Part shown: positions 1-11,851 of the stretch, in pieces
Numbering within the stretch: position 1 is the stretch's first letter
Layout: every line of letters starts with the position of its first letter
NCBI RefSeq assembly: GCF_000227685.2
Contig: NZ_CP007029.1
Span: 306,047-338,046 of the forward strand
Direction of reading: 5' to 3'
Length of the DNA stretch: 32,000 nucleotides
DNA from: Thioalkalivibrio paradoxus ARh 1
GTDB taxonomy: Bacteria > Pseudomonadota > Gammaproteobacteria > Ectothiorhodospirales > Ectothiorhodospiraceae
Notes under the pieces: model-generated
Told to the model about the DNA's origin: nothing
The model's input: only the letters and a program-made list of their open reading frames with translations
The model's database searches: none
Translations under genes and position numbers: made by a program

Positions 1-81
1 ACCCATTCCCGTTCCCCGCTGACCATATCGACACTGGTCTCGCCCGGCTCGCCGCACCAGGGACAGGGAAAGCTGACGAAT

Positions 82-1296
82 TCAACGGGTCGGGTCATGA
101 TCGCTCAGGAAGATTTGCAGCAGGTCGTTCAGGAATTGCAGGCCCAGCGGGGTGGCGCGGAGTTGATCGGGGTCGCGACTCAAAAGGCCGCGCGCGCGTG
201 CCTGTTCCAGCCGCGCAGCGAGCCTCTCTGGCGGCAGTCCGGTGCGTTCGCGAAACATCGCTGCCGGGACGCCGCCAGTCAGACGCAGCGCGTTGAGCAT
301 GAATTCGAAGGGCAGCGATTCGCGTGCGACCGGGGTCGCGGTGATCGCGGCAGGATCGCGCAGGTAGGCTTCGGGCTGCCGCGGTTTCGTCAGGCGTCGG
401 ATGGTTCCGTCCGCCGCGTCCGTCAGCTTGCCGTGCGCGCCCGCCCCGATTCCGAGGTAGTCGCCGAACTCCCAGTAGTTCAGGTTGTGCCGGCATTCGT
501 TGCCCGCCGTTGCATGGGCCGAGACTTCATACCGAGTATAGCCCGCGGCCTGCAGGAGCGAGTGTCCGCGCGCGAACAACTCGTCGATCGTCTCGTCGGC
601 CGGCAGCGGCGGCGGCCGGTGCGCGAACAGCGTATTGGGTTCGAGCGTCAGCTGGTACCAGGAGATATGGCCCGGATCCACGGCCACCGCGGTCTGGAGG
701 TCGGTCAGGCCCTGCTCCAGCGACTGTCCGGGCAGCCCGAACATCAGATCCAGGTTCAGGCGCTCGAAGCCGGCAGCGCGCGCCTGGGCAATGGCCGCAT
801 GCGCATCGACATCGTCGTGGATCCGGCCGATCCGCTCCAGCGCGGCGGGGTCGAAGCTCTGGATTCCCAGCGACAGGCGGTTCACGCCCGCGTCACGGTA
901 GCCGGCGAAGTATCCGCGTTCGGCGGTTCCGGGGTTCGCCTCCAGCGTGATCTCGAGATCCGGGCGCCAGGGCAGGCGCGCGCGCAGGCCGGCGAGCAGG
1001 CTTTCGATCGCCTGGGGCGAGAACAGGCTGGGGGTGCCGCCGCCGATGAAGATGCTCTCGAGCCGGCGGCCCCAGATTGCCGGGAGCTGGGACTCGAGAT
1101 CCTTCAGCAGGGCGTCGACGTACGCCTCCTCGGGAAGCGCACCGCGGACCTCGTGCGAGTTGAAATCGCAGTACGGGCACTTGCGCAGGCACCAGGGCAG
1201 GTGCACGTAGAGCGCGAGCGGCGGCGGATAACGCAGCGGCGATCCGGTGCCGGATCGGGCGGTTCCGCCGGCGATGCCTGCAGCGGAGTCCGTCAT
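82..1296 (-). CDS. hemW: radical SAM HemN-like protein (HemW/YggW family heme chaperone)
   Basis: 404-aa ORF with radical-SAM CxxxCxxC motif (CLRKCPYCDF) near the N-terminus and HemN-like remainder; directly downstream of rdgB. Confidence 0.85.
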   Translation of the reverse strand: MTDSAAGIAGGTARSGTGSPLRYPPPLALYVHLPWCLRKCPYCDFNSHEVRGALPEEAYVDALLKDLESQLPAIWGRRLESIFIGGGTPSLFSPQAIESLLAGLRARLPWRPDLEITLEANPGTAERGYFAGYRDAGVNRLSLGIQSFDPAALERIGRIHDDVDAHAAIAQARAAGFERLNLDLMFGLPGQSLEQGLTDLQTAVAVDPGHISWYQLTLEPNTLFAHRPPPLPADETIDELFARGHSLLQAAGYTRYEVSAHATAGNECRHNLNYWEFGDYLGIGAGAHGKLTDAADGTIRRLTKPRQPEAYLRDPAAITATPVARESLPFEFMLNALRLTGGVPAAMFRERTGLPPERLAARLEQARARGLLSRDPDQLRATPLGLQFLNDLLQIFLSDHDPTR

Positions 1297-1357
1297 GGCC
1301 TCGATCTGGAAGCGGTGCGCTGAACCGGGTGGGTGCAGCGGGCGGCGCCCGCGGGCA

Positions 1358-1969
1358 TCAGCCGTGCGCCATGCGCCGGGTCAGCTGTGCAACCATCGAG
1401 TTCAGTGCCTGGGCCCGATGGCTGCGCCGGTTCTTGACCTGCTCCGGCACGTCTGCCGAGGTGCGCCCGTACTGCGGGAGAATGAAGATCGGGTCGTAGC
1501 CGAAGCCTCCGTGGCCGGAGGGCTTGGTCGCGATCAGGCCTTCCCAGGTCCCCTCGGCCAGGATCGGCGAGGGGTCTTCGGCATGCGTGAGAAAGGCCAT
1601 CACGCAGCGGAAGCGAGCGGTGCGCTCCGGCCGCGGCACGCCCGCCAGCGCCTCGAGCAACTTCTCGTTGTTGTCCTGGTCGTCGGCATCCGGGCCGGCA
1701 TAGCGCGCGGAATAGATGCCCGGTTGCCCGTTCAGCGCGTCGACCTCGATTCCGGAGTCGTCGGCCAGCGCGGGCATGCCGGTGTGCAGTGCCGCGTTCC
1801 GGGCCTTCAGGATCGCGTTCTCGACGAAGGTCAGCCCGGTCTCCTCTGCTTCCGGGACCGACCAATGCGACTGCGGAATCAGCTCGATGCCGATCGGCTG
1901 CAGCAAGGTCGTGAACTCGCGGATCTTGCCGGGGTTGCCAGAGGCCAGCACGAGGGGGGTCATGTTCAT
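1358..1969 (-). CDS. rdgB: dITP/XTP pyrophosphatase (Ham1/RdgB family)
   Basis: ORF 1358..2113 trimmed to Met at 1969 (MNMTPLVLASGNPGKIREF...); RdgB motifs ASGNPGK and GFGYDPIF. Confidence 0.9.
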   Translation of the reverse strand: MNMTPLVLASGNPGKIREFTTLLQPIGIELIPQSHWSVPEAEETGLTFVENAILKARNAALHTGMPALADDSGIEVDALNGQPGIYSARYAGPDADDQDNNEKLLEALAGVPRPERTARFRCVMAFLTHAEDPSPILAEGTWEGLIATKPSGHGGFGYDPIFILPQYGRTSADVPEQVKNRRSHRAQALNSMVAQLTRRMAHG

Positions 1970-2015
1970 CGGTTCTCTTGCTTCGTGGTCTGTCGGTCGG
2001 GGCGCGCGGCACCGT

Positions 2016-2732
2016 TCATGCGGCCAGCGCTTCCTGTTGCCAAGCGATGATTTCGCGGATGCCTTGCTCGCCGAGTTCCAGCATTGCGTCGAGTTCATCG
2101 CGGCGGAACGCATGGCCCTCGGCGGTGCCCTGGATCTCGATCACGCCGCCGGCCTCGTTCATCACCAGGTTCATGTCGGTCTCCGCCTGCGAGTCCTCGT
2201 CGTAGTCGAGGTCCAGCACCGGAACGCCCTGATAAATGCCCACGGAGATCGCGGCGAGCTGTCCGTGCACCGGGTTGCGCTTGAGTACACCAGTCTTCAG
2301 ACAGTGCGCGACCGCGTCGCGCAGTGCGACATAGGCGCCGCTGATCGCGGCAGTGCGGGTGCCGCCGTCTGCTTGTAGTACATCGCAGTCGATGATGACC
2401 TGGCGCTCGCCCAGCGCCTCGAGGTCGACGACCGCGCGCAGCGCCCGGCCGATCAAGCGCTGGATCTCCATTGTGCGGCCCCCGAGCTTGCCGCGTGCCG
2501 CCTCGCGCGCCATGCGGTCATGGGTCGCGCGCGGCAGCATGCCATACTCGGCGGTGACCCAGCCGCGGCCCTTGCCCTTCAGGAACGGGGGCACGCGGGA
2601 CTCGACGGTGGCGTTGCACAGCACGCGGGTGTCGCCGAATTCGACCAGCACCGAACCTTCGGCATGGCGGGTGAAATGTCGGGTGAATCGCACCGGACGC
2701 AACTGATCCGGCTGGCGGCCGCTGGGGCGCAT
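2016..2732 (-). CDS. rph: ribonuclease PH
   Basis: Last 238 codons of ORF 2016..3515 starting [14 protein letters not shown] at 2732; RNase PH motifs ([34 protein letters not shown]). The upstream part of that ORF is antisense to yicC. Confidence 0.95.
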   Translation of the reverse strand: MRPSGRQPDQLRPVRFTRHFTRHAEGSVLVEFGDTRVLCNATVESRVPPFLKGKGRGWVTAEYGMLPRATHDRMAREAARGKLGGRTMEIQRLIGRALRAVVDLEALGERQVIIDCDVLQADGGTRTAAISGAYVALRDAVAHCLKTGVLKRNPVHGQLAAISVGIYQGVPVLDLDYDEDSQAETDMNLVMNEAGGVIEIQGTAEGHAFRRDELDAMLELGEQGIREIIAWQQEALAA

Positions 2733-2840
2733 GAGCAGTCCTTGGAACGTGAATGAAACCCGCAAGTATACGGGAGCCGCGACGCCTGCGGGGCTACAAT
2801 GGCCGTTTCGTATCACGAACTCGTTGCCAGAGGAGGCCAG

Positions 2841-3707
2841 ATGACCGCCAGCATGACCGGATTCGCGCGCCACGCACTCGAGGTCGAGGGCCAGTTGCTG
2901 GTCTGGGAGCTGCGCAGCGTGAATCATCGCTACCTCGACCTTCGCCTGCAGCTTCCGGAGGGGCTGCGCGAGTTGGAGCCGGAGCTGCGGGCCGCGATTC
3001 AGCAGGCCATCGCGCGCGGCAAGATCGACGCCCAGCTGCGCGTCGAGGCGACCGGGGCGGATGTTCAGATCGCGTTCGACGCCGCTCGCGCGAAGGCACT
3101 GATCGGCGCCATCGGCGAGGTCGACCACATGATGGTCAACGGAGCCCGGGTTTCGCCGCTGGAAATCCTCGCCTGGCCTGGCGTGCTCGAGTCGTCGGTC
3201 AGCCCCGATGCCGATGCTCTCCGCGAGCGAGTGTTGCAGGCGTTGCGGGCGGCGATCGACGATTTGCGGGCGATGCGGGCGGCCGAAGGCGACGTGCTGC
3301 GCCAATCGCTGCAGCAGCGGCTCGACGCGTTCGCCGGTCTGGCAGCGCAGGTGCGCGAGCGCCGTCCCGAAGTGCTGCAGGAACAGCGCGAACGGCTGCA
3401 GGCGCGGATCGGGGAACTGGACCTGACACTGGATCCCCAGCGTCTCGAGCAGGAGGTGGCGCTGCTCGCGCAGCGGCTCGACGTGGACGAGGAGCTCGAT
3501 CGACTCGACGGCCACGTGGCCGCGATGCGGGAGATCCTGGAGCGCGACGAGCCGGTGGGCCGGCGGCTCGATTTTCTGATGCAGGAGTTCAACCGTGAGG
3601 CGAACACCCTGAGTTCCAAGTCACACGATCTGCTGACGACCCAGGCGGCGATGGAGATGAAGGTGCTGATCGAGCAGATGCGCGAACAGATCCAGAACGT
3701 CGAATAG
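2841..3707 (+). CDS. yicC: YicC-family stress-induced protein
   Basis: Start [10 protein letters not shown] at 2841 preceded by AGGAGG (2831-2836); YicC C-terminal signature ([16 protein letters not shown]). Confidence 0.85.
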   Translation: MTASMTGFARHALEVEGQLLVWELRSVNHRYLDLRLQLPEGLRELEPELRAAIQQAIARGKIDAQLRVEATGADVQIAFDAARAKALIGAIGEVDHMMVNGARVSPLEILAWPGVLESSVSPDADALRERVLQALRAAIDDLRAMRAAEGDVLRQSLQQRLDAFAGLAAQVRERRPEVLQEQRERLQARIGELDLTLDPQRLEQEVALLAQRLDVDEELDRLDGHVAAMREILERDEPVGRRLDFLMQEFNREANTLSSKSHDLLTTQAAMEMKVLIEQMREQIQNVE

Positions 3708-3721
3708 CGCCGGTTCGAGGC

Positions 3722-3750
3722 CTTGAAAAGCGCGTCTGCGGCCCCACTCT
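3722..3750 (+). promoter_or_regulatory. sigma-32 (RpoH) type heat-shock promoter for the Hsp20 gene
   Basis: CTTGAAA (3722-3728), 13-nt spacer, CCCCACTCT (3742-3750); close to the CTTGAAA-N13-15-CCCCATNT consensus and 39 nt upstream of the hsp20 ATG. Confidence 0.55.
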
Positions 3751-3788
3751 CGTGACAGGAAAAACTAGAGACCCCTGGAGGTGGAATC

Positions 3789-4220
3789 ATGGCACTGATG
3801 CGTTACGAACCCTGGAGCCTGCTGAACCAGTTGTCGCGCGAACTCGAGCGCATGCAGGGCTCGGATCAGCGCGAAGAGCCGGCGATCACCGCGGACTGGA
3901 GCCCGGCCGTGGACATCCGCGAGGAGTCGGACGGCTACGTGCTGCACGCCGACCTGCCCGGCGTCGACCCGAAGGACATCGAGGTGCACATGGAGAGCGG
4001 CGTGCTCACGATCCGCGGCGAACGGCGTCACGAGAGCAAGGAAGAGCGCGAGAATTACAAGCGCATCGAGCGCGTCCGCGGCACGTTCTTCCGGCGCTTC
4101 TCGCTGCCCGACACCGCCGACTCCGACAACATCTCGGCGCGCTGCCAGAATGGTGTCCTGGAAGTCCGCATTCCGAAGCACGCCCAGGTGCAGCCCCGCC
4201 GGATCACGGTGGAAGGCTGA
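3789..4220 (+). CDS. small heat-shock protein, Hsp20/alpha-crystallin family
   Basis: 143 aa with alpha-crystallin domain (AVDIREESDGYVLHADLPGV...GVLTIRGER...GVLEVRIPK); GGAGG RBS at 3777-3781. Confidence 0.9.
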   Translation: MALMRYEPWSLLNQLSRELERMQGSDQREEPAITADWSPAVDIREESDGYVLHADLPGVDPKDIEVHMESGVLTIRGERRHESKEERENYKRIERVRGTFFRRFSLPDTADSDNISARCQNGVLEVRIPKHAQVQPRRITVEG

Positions 4221-4369
4221 CGCGCCCGCTCCGCGGGTGCAGCAACAGGGTGCGCCGCCCGAAACTCCGGTCGGCGCACCTTCGGCTGTGCGGGTGTTTG
4301 CGCGGCCGGTGTTCCGGATCAATCATGAGGGCTTCTGCCCAGTGAGCCACGAGGACAACTGACCCGCCG

Positions 4370-5266
4370 ATGCACTTCAGGGACTACTACAAAATCCTCG
4401 GCGTGGGCCGCGGCGCCAGCCAGGACGAGATCAAGAAGGCCTACCGGCGCCTGGCGCGCAAGTTCCATCCGGACGTGAGCCAGGAGGCCAACGCCGAAGC
4501 GCGGTTCAAGGAGATCAACGAGGCCAACGAGGTGCTCGGTGATCCGGAACGCCGTGCCGCCTACGACCGACTTGGTTCCGACTGGCGCGCGGGCCAGGAC
4601 TTCCGGCCGCCTCCGGGCTGGGCCGGCCGGTCGGGTGCGCGGGGCGCCGGCGCGGACGGAGGCTTCGACGGCTTCTCCGATTTCTTCGATTCGATGTTCG
4701 GCGGCCGCCCCGGGGGGCGCCGCGCCGGACCCGGTTTCCGTGCCCGCGGGGCGGATCGTTCGGCAGTCGCCGAGATCAGTCTGGAGCAGGCGCTGCATGG
4801 CACCGAGCTGACGGTGAACGGTGCCGCCGGCGAGGGCCGGCGCGTCCGGATTCCCCCGGGCGCACACAATGGCACGCGCTTGCGCGTCCGGGGGCAGGGC
4901 GCCCCGGGGATGGGCGCCGGGTCTGCCGGCGATCTGTTGCTCGAGATCCGGGTGCGCCCGGATCCGCGCTACCGGCTGGAAGGCCGCGACCTCCATCGGG
5001 ATGTCCCGATTACGCCTTGGGAGGCGGCCCTCGGGGCGACCATCGAGGCGCCGACGCCCCAGGGCACGGTCAAGCTGAAGATTCCTGCTGGCTCGCAGTC
5101 CGGCAAGGTGATGCGCCTGAAGGGCCGCGGGCTTCCGGGCAAGACCCCGGGCGACCTGTACCTGCGGCTGATGATCGCGGTTCCGCCGGCCGCAGAGGCG
5201 GGCCAGTGGTACGAGGAGATGGCGCGGGTGTCCTCGTTCCGGCCCCGGGAAGGGCTGCAGCCCTGA
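4370..5266 (+). CDS. cbpA: curved-DNA-binding J-domain co-chaperone (CbpA type)
   Basis: J domain with HPD (DYYKILGV...YRRLARKFHPDVS), Gly-rich linker, DnaJ C-terminal domains, no Cys-rich zinc finger, ~300 aa. Confidence 0.8.
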   Translation: MHFRDYYKILGVGRGASQDEIKKAYRRLARKFHPDVSQEANAEARFKEINEANEVLGDPERRAAYDRLGSDWRAGQDFRPPPGWAGRSGARGAGADGGFDGFSDFFDSMFGGRPGGRRAGPGFRARGADRSAVAEISLEQALHGTELTVNGAAGEGRRVRIPPGAHNGTRLRVRGQGAPGMGAGSAGDLLLEIRVRPDPRYRLEGRDLHRDVPITPWEAALGATIEAPTPQGTVKLKIPAGSQSGKVMRLKGRGLPGKTPGDLYLRLMIAVPPAAEAGQWYEEMARVSSFRPREGLQP

Positions 5267-5363
5267 GGCCCTGAGGCCGGTGCGCCGCGTGGCGTGAACG
5301 CGGCCGGTCGCGCGGCCGCGCTCGGTTCGTGTCGTGTTCGTATCCTGGATGCGGAGTGCAACG

Positions 5364-6713
5364 ATGATGGCGAAGACATTCCTGGCCGTTCTGGTGCTGC
5401 TGCTGGCGGCCGTGCCGGTTCAGGCACAGCTGCCTGCTGCGGTGGATGGCGAGCCGCTGCCGACCCTGGCGCCGATGCTGGAGCGCACGGTCCCCGCGGT
5501 GGTGAACGTCGCCACCCGCGCGCTGGTGGTGGAACCGGTCAGCCCGCTGTTCGACGACCCGTTCTTCCGCCGCTTCTTCGACCTCCCGTCGCAGCAGCGC
5601 GAGCGCATCCGGCAGGGCCTGGGATCCGGTGTGGTGGTCGACGCCGGTCAGGGGCTGATCCTGACCAACAACCATGTGATCCAGCGTGCCGACGAGATCG
5701 TGGTCACGTTGCACGACGGGCGCCGTTACGATGCCGAGGTGATCGGTGCCGACCGCGAGACGGACATCGCGCTGATCCGCATCGAGGCCGACCGCCTGCA
5801 GGCGCTGCCGTTCGCCGACTCCGACGCGCTTCGAGTCGGCGACTTCGTCGTTGCGATCGGCAATCCCTTCGGGTTGGGGCAGACGGTCACCAGCGGGATC
5901 GTCAGCGCGCTGGGGCGCAGCGGTCTCGGCGTCGAGGGCTTCGAGGATTTCATCCAGACCGACGCGTCGATCAATCCCGGCAATTCGGGCGGTGCGTTGG
6001 TCAATCTGCGCGGCGAACTCGTCGGGATCAATACGGCGATCCTGGCCCGCGGTGGCGGCAACATCGGCATCGGCTTCGCGATTCCGATCAACATGGCCCG
6101 TCAGGTCCAGGAACATCTGATCGCCGATGGCGCGGTGACCCGCGGGCAGCTCGGGATCGCGGTCCAGGACCTGACGCCGGATCTGGCCCAGGCCTTCTCG
6201 CTGCAGGTGTCCAGCGGGGCGGTCGTGACCCGCGTCGAGCCCGGTTCGCCCGCCGACCGCGCGGGGCTGCGTTCCGGCGACGTGGTGCTCGAGACCGACG
6301 GCCGTCCGGTGCGCAACGCGACCGACCTGCGCAACCGCATCGGGCTGCTGCGCGTCGGGACCGAGGTCCGGCTGCGCGTCCTGCGCAATGGCCGGGAGCA
6401 GTTCGTGGTCGCCCGTATCGAGGCGCCGCAGCGCCAGGAGATCGACGGCGCGTCGATCGATGCCCGGCTCGCTGGCGCGCAGTTCGCCCGCATGCTGCAG
6501 CGCGACGGTGAACCGCGCATCGCGATCAGCGCGGTCGAGCCGCGTTCGGCGGCGGCTCGTGCCGGCCTGCGCGAGGGCGACGTGGTGCTGTCGATCAACC
6601 GGCGCGAGGTCAGCGAGCTGGACGACCTCCGCACAGCGGCCCAGGCTGGCCGGGGCGGGCTGCTATTGAACATCCAGCGCGGTGACGGTGCGTTCTTCCT
6701 GATGCTTCAATAG
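5364..6713 (+). CDS. periplasmic serine endoprotease, DegP/DegQ/MucD family (two PDZ domains)
   Basis: ORF 5334..6713; likely start MMAKTFLAVLVLLLAAVPVQA (signal peptide) at 5364 with GGAG 7 nt upstream; trypsin-like His/Asp/Ser context (TNNHV, DIALIRI, GNSGGAL); two PDZ-like segments. Confidence 0.9.
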   Translation: MMAKTFLAVLVLLLAAVPVQAQLPAAVDGEPLPTLAPMLERTVPAVVNVATRALVVEPVSPLFDDPFFRRFFDLPSQQRERIRQGLGSGVVVDAGQGLILTNNHVIQRADEIVVTLHDGRRYDAEVIGADRETDIALIRIEADRLQALPFADSDALRVGDFVVAIGNPFGLGQTVTSGIVSALGRSGLGVEGFEDFIQTDASINPGNSGGALVNLRGELVGINTAILARGGGNIGIGFAIPINMARQVQEHLIADGAVTRGQLGIAVQDLTPDLAQAFSLQVSSGAVVTRVEPGSPADRAGLRSGDVVLETDGRPVRNATDLRNRIGLLRVGTEVRLRVLRNGREQFVVARIEAPQRQEIDGASIDARLAGAQFARMLQRDGEPRIAISAVEPRSAAARAGLREGDVVLSINRREVSELDDLRTAAQAGRGGLLLNIQRGDGAFFLMLQ

Positions 6714-6744
6714 CGGAGGCGTCGGGGCAGCGGGCCGTTGGGCA

Positions 6745-6761
6745 GGGCCGCTCAGCGGCCC
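6745..6761. terminator. hairpin between convergent degP-like and moaE genes
   Basis: GGGCCGC-TCA-GCGGCCC, 7-bp stem; the loop is the moaE stop codon; weak T-rich tract follows on + strand. Confidence 0.3.
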
Positions 6762-7189
6762 GGCGTGTTCTGTTCTACCCAGCGTTCGCTGCCGTCCGGC
6801 AGGCGCTCGCGCTTCCAGAAAGGGGCTTCGTGCTTCAGGCGTTCCAGGATTTCGGAACAGGCGTCGCGGGCCGCGACCCGGTGGGCCGACCAGACGGCAA
6901 CCAGCACCAACGTGTCGGACGGTTCGATCGCACCGACCCGGTGCGCCACCTCGCAGGCTTCCAATGGCCACTTTGCCTCGGCTTCGGCGACGATCCGTTC
7001 CAGTTCGCGCTCGGTCATTCCCGGGTAATGTTCGAGGAACATCCCGCGCACCTCGCGCCCGTCGTTGAAATCGCGCATGCGCCCGACGAACACGGCCGCT
7101 GCGCCCAGTCGGTGCAGCGGCAGCCCGCGTTCGCGTTCCCGGATCACCGCCCAGGGATCGAACGGCTCGGCATGAAGCTGTACGGCCAT
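6752..7189 (-). CDS. moaE: molybdopterin synthase catalytic subunit
   Basis: 145 aa MoaE-like (FVGRMRDFN...HRVGAIEPSDTLVLVAVWSAHR); directly downstream of moaD. Confidence 0.9.
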   Translation of the reverse strand: MAVQLHAEPFDPWAVIRERERGLPLHRLGAAAVFVGRMRDFNDGREVRGMFLEHYPGMTERELERIVAEAEAKWPLEACEVAHRVGAIEPSDTLVLVAVWSAHRVAARDACSEILERLKHEAPFWKRERLPDGSERWVEQNTPGR

Positions 7190-7193
7190 CGGT

Positions 7194-7427
7194 CTACCCG
7201 CCGGTGACCGGGGGAAAGAACGCGACCTCGTCGCCGTCGGCGACGGGGCTGTCGAGGCGGGCGTGCGCCTGGTTCACCGCGGCCATCAGCCGCGGTGGCG
7301 GTGGTGCCCGGTGCAGGTGTTGCCAGACGTCGGCGACTGTCGCGATGCCGTCGCCCGATGGCACCTCGTCGCTTGCCCGGCCGACGTCGGCGCGCAGCCG
7401 GGCGAAGTAATGCACGGTAATCGTCAC
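7194..7427 (-). CDS. moaD: molybdopterin synthase sulfur-carrier subunit
   Basis: 77 aa, ThiS/MoaD-like, C-terminal Gly-Gly (FFPPVTGG); 4 nt upstream of moaE. Confidence 0.85.
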   Translation of the reverse strand: MTITVHYFARLRADVGRASDEVPSGDGIATVADVWQHLHRAPPPPRLMAAVNQAHARLDSPVADGDEVAFFPPVTGG

Positions 7428-7470
7428 GATACGGACCTACACATCGACGGATCTGTCGAGCATTATAGCG

Positions 7471-7965
7471 GTGATGAGCGAACTCACACATTTTGACGCG
7501 CAGGGTCGGGCGCATATGGTCGATGTCGGCGCCAAGCCGGTCAGCCACCGGGTCGCGATTGCCGAGGGGGTGATCCACATGAAACCCGAGACTGTGGCAA
7601 CCCTCCGCGCCGGAGATCACCGAAAGGGGGATGTTCTCGGCGTGGCGCGGGTCGCCGGGATCATGGCGGCCAAGCGAACCGGAGACCTGATCCCGCTCTG
7701 CCATCCGATCGGACTCACCCGGGTGGCGCTCGAATTCGATACCGGCACGGACCGAATACGGGTGCAGGCCACCTGCGAGGTGCAGGGCCAGACCGGGGTG
7801 GAAATGGAGGCGCTGACTGCGGTCAGTGTCGCGCTGCTGACCGTCTACGACATGTGCAAGGCGGTCGACCGTGGGATGCGCATCGACGCTGTGCGGCTGC
7901 TCGAGAAACACGGTGGCCGCAGCGGAAGCTGGGTCGCGGAACCTCAATCGGGAGAACCGAAATGA
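7471..7965 (+). CDS. moaC: cyclic pyranopterin monophosphate synthase
   Basis: 164 aa MoaC-like ([18 protein letters not shown]...[27 protein letters not shown]); GTG 7471 or ATG 7474. Confidence 0.9.
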   Translation: MMSELTHFDAQGRAHMVDVGAKPVSHRVAIAEGVIHMKPETVATLRAGDHRKGDVLGVARVAGIMAAKRTGDLIPLCHPIGLTRVALEFDTGTDRIRVQATCEVQGQTGVEMEALTAVSVALLTVYDMCKAVDRGMRIDAVRLLEKHGGRSGSWVAEPQSGEPK

Positions 7966-10193
7966 AATGGCTTTTCCGTCTGCTGGGCCTGCTCGGCGTC
8001 GTGGTGCTGCTCGCGGCGGTGGTTGCAGTGTACCTGGTGGCCACCTTCGACCCCGGCGCGTACCGTGAGCGCATCGAGGAGCAGGTCACCGAAGCGACCG
8101 GGCGCGAATTTCGCCTTGCCGGCGACATCGGCCTGACGCTGTTTCCCGCGATCGGCCTGCGCCTCGAGGGCGTCAGCCTTGCCAATGCGCCGGAATTCGG
8201 TGATGTCCCGTTCGCCGAGGCCGAATCGGTCGATGTCGCAGTCGCGGTGCTGCCGCTGCTGCGCCGGGAACTGGAGGTGCTGCATATCGACGCCGATGGC
8301 GTGTCCGTTGCGCTGACGCGCGAACAGGACGGCCGCAACAACTGGGACGACCTGGTCGAACGGCTGGCCGGAGAAACCGCGCCGCCCGATGCCGGCACCG
8401 AGCGCGGCGATCCCGAGCGCGCCGTGCTGGGCGATTTTTCCGTGGCAGGCGTCGATCTGACCCGGGTGCGGGTCGAATGGGACGATCGCCAGGCGGGTAC
8501 GCGCATGGTGCTGGACCCCGCGAACCTGCGGCTGCGGCAGTTCCGGCCCGGGGCGGATGCGCCGCTGGAGCTGGATGGTTCGGCTCGGCTGGAACAGCAG
8601 GGCGAAATGGCCGGCGCGATGCATGTGCGGCTCGACGCGCTGCTGAACGCCGATCCTGCGGCCCAACAGTATGCACTGCGCGGCCTGGCATCCGACCTGG
8701 AACTGCAACTGCGCGGTGTGGCCGGGTTGCTGCATTCTCGCCTGACCACCGATGTATCCCTGGACCTGGCCACGGGAGTGGTCCGTATCGAGGATCTTTC
8801 CGCGGCACTTGGAGGCATGGAGCTGGCTGGGGACCTGGAAATCGGCGAGCTGGGGCGCGAGGCCGTCGTATTCGATGGGCGGCTGCGCAGCAACGTTTTC
8901 AACCCGCGCCTGCTGCTCTCCGAGCTGGGGCTGCCTGCCCCGGACACCGCCGATCCTTCGGCGCTGCAGCGCATGGAGCTGGAACTCGCGCTTTCGGGCA
9001 ACGCCCGCGAGCTGGCGCTCGATCCGCTGCGGATCACGGTCGATGAGTCGACGCTGCGGGGCAACGCCGGTGTCCGGTTTGCCGAGGCGCGGCCGGCCCT
9101 GAGCTTCAGGCTGGAAGGGGATCGGCTCGATCTGGACCGCTATCTGCCACCCGAGGTCGAACAGGCACGGGTATCGGAGGCCGAGCCGCCGCCCGGCGCC
9201 CCCCCGGTTCCCGAAGAGGTTGACGTCCCGGTAGATCTTCCGGCGGAACTGATGCGCGCAGTCGACCTGGACGGGCGCTTGACGCTGGGCACGCTGACGC
9301 TGCTGGGCCTGACTCTGGAGTCGATCGAGATCAATCTGCGGGCCCGCGATGGCGAGTGGAAGGTTGAGCCTTTCAGCGGGCGCGGGTACGAAGGCAGGAT
9401 CGAGGGGCAGGCCACGGCGGATGCGAGCGCAGAGGTGCCTCGCTACGCTCTGGCGGTATCGCTTACCGGGGTCGCGATCGAGCCGCTGCTGGCGGCGTTC
9501 AGGCAGGATGAAAGCCGTCTGATCGGTACCGGCAACCTGGCACTGGACGTCACCGCCGCCGGTGCCAGTGTCGGGGCGCTGACCTCCAGCCTGAATGGCA
9601 GCGGTAATATGCGCTTCGCCGACGGTGCGGTCCGCGGAATCAACATCGCCAGGATCATCCGCCAGGCCGATGCACGGCTGCGGGGGGAAAGGCCTGAGGA
9701 CGACGGCGAGCCCAACCAGACCGACTTTACCGAACTGAGCGGCAGCTTCCGGATCGTCGATGGCGTGGTGCACAACGACGATCTCGCGGCCAGTTCGCCG
9801 CTACTGCGGGCCACGGGGCGCGGTTCGGCAGATCTTCCCGAGCAGGCGCTCGATTACCGCGTCGACGCGACGCTGGTGGCCACGATCGAGGGGCAGGGGG
9901 GGCGCAGCCTCGACGACCTGCGCGGAGTCAACCTGCCCATCCGCATCACCGGAGCCTTCGCCGAACCACGCTTCCGGCTCGACCTCGACGATGTGGTCCG
10001 GGAACGCGTCGAGGACCGCGTCCGGCGCGAGGCGGGGCGGCTGCAGGAACGTCTGCTGGAACGGCTCGGGGTCGAGGATCGTGATGCCGATGTTGACGCT
10101 GATGCCGACGCCGATCCGGCGGCCCCAGCCGAAACGCCTTCCGGGTCCCGGATCGAGGATGAGTTGCAGCGCCTGCGGGATCGTCTTCGCTAG
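7962..10193 (+). CDS. AsmA-family outer-membrane biogenesis protein
   Basis: ORF 7854..10193 trimmed to [25 protein letters not shown] (N-terminal TM anchor) at 7962, ATGA overlap with the moaC stop; ~740 aa repetitive beta-rich AsmA-like composition and a C-terminal AsmA-like segment. Confidence 0.7.
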   Translation: MKWLFRLLGLLGVVVLLAAVVAVYLVATFDPGAYRERIEEQVTEATGREFRLAGDIGLTLFPAIGLRLEGVSLANAPEFGDVPFAEAESVDVAVAVLPLLRRELEVLHIDADGVSVALTREQDGRNNWDDLVERLAGETAPPDAGTERGDPERAVLGDFSVAGVDLTRVRVEWDDRQAGTRMVLDPANLRLRQFRPGADAPLELDGSARLEQQGEMAGAMHVRLDALLNADPAAQQYALRGLASDLELQLRGVAGLLHSRLTTDVSLDLATGVVRIEDLSAALGGMELAGDLEIGELGREAVVFDGRLRSNVFNPRLLLSELGLPAPDTADPSALQRMELELALSGNARELALDPLRITVDESTLRGNAGVRFAEARPALSFRLEGDRLDLDRYLPPEVEQARVSEAEPPPGAPPVPEEVDVPVDLPAELMRAVDLDGRLTLGTLTLLGLTLESIEINLRARDGEWKVEPFSGRGYEGRIEGQATADASAEVPRYALAVSLTGVAIEPLLAAFRQDESRLIGTGNLALDVTAAGASVGALTSSLNGSGNMRFADGAVRGINIARIIRQADARLRGERPEDDGEPNQTDFTELSGSFRIVDGVVHNDDLAASSPLLRATGRGSADLPEQALDYRVDATLVATIEGQGGRSLDDLRGVNLPIRITGAFAEPRFRLDLDDVVRERVEDRVRREAGRLQERLLERLGVEDRDADVDADADADPAAPAETPSGSRIEDELQRLRDRLR

Positions 10194-10199
10194 CCAGCA

Positions 10200-10786
10200 A
10201 TGCACCGTCTGCCGTGGTGGTCCCTGTCGCTGGTGCTCGTGCTGTGGCCAATGCCCGCCTCAGGCGGCGTGTCCGACGTCCATGTGGCATTCGACGGTGC
10301 CCGTGTGGAGTTCCGCCTCGACGCGCTGGTGGACGCCGCGGCCGACGATGTGCGCGCGGTGGTGCACGACTACGAGCGCCTCGACCGCGTGTTTCCGCTG
10401 GTGGTGGCCAGCCGGCAGATCGAGGGAGGCGAAAGCGGTACGGAACGGGTCTTCACCCTGATGCGGGGCTGTATCCTGTTCGTGTGCCGGGAACTCGAAC
10501 ACACCATCGATATTCGGGAGGTCCCCGGCGGCTGGTCCTCCGCCGTCACGGTGCCGGACCTCAGCCGGGTCCGGCGTGGCCAGTTCTCCTGGTTGATCGA
10601 ACCCGGTGCCGGGAATCCGGAGCACGCAAGAATCCGGATCTACGGGTTTTTCGAGCCGGATTTCCGGGTGCCGCGCCTGCTGGGCGCTTCTTTGGTCCGG
10701 ATGCGGATCCTGTCCGAACTGCGTGACAGCGTCGGAAACATCGAGCGCGCCGCCCGCGAACACGCAGCCGCCGCGGACGCGCCGCG

Positions 10787-10790
<4 letters not shown>
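10200..10790 (+). CDS. secreted SRPBCC/START-like protein (hypothetical)
   Basis: 196 aa with N-terminal signal-like segment; weak resemblance to SRPBCC ligand-binding fold proteins; call is tentative. Confidence 0.4.

Positions 10791-11834
<1,044 letters not shown>

Positions 11835-11851
<17 letters not shown>

Noticed and set aside
2799-2840. Upstream ATG (2799) as the yicC start
   Set aside because: ATG 2841 has a perfect AGGAGG 4 nt upstream and gives the canonical YicC N-terminus (M..MTGFAR), so the longer form is unlikely.
2733-3515. N-terminal 260 codons of the 499-aa minus-strand ORF 2016..3515
   Set aside because: Only the C-terminal 238 codons are RNase PH. The rest is antisense to the well-supported yicC gene and has the low-complexity Arg/Leu/Gln look of high-GC antisense frames.
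7944-9773. 609-aa minus-strand ORF
   Set aside because: Antisense to the AsmA-family gene, with no recognisable motifs. Long open antisense frames are expected at this GC content. The same reasoning applies to 7823..9064, 5070..6116 (antisense to the DegP-like gene) and 10640..11869 (antisense to mutY).
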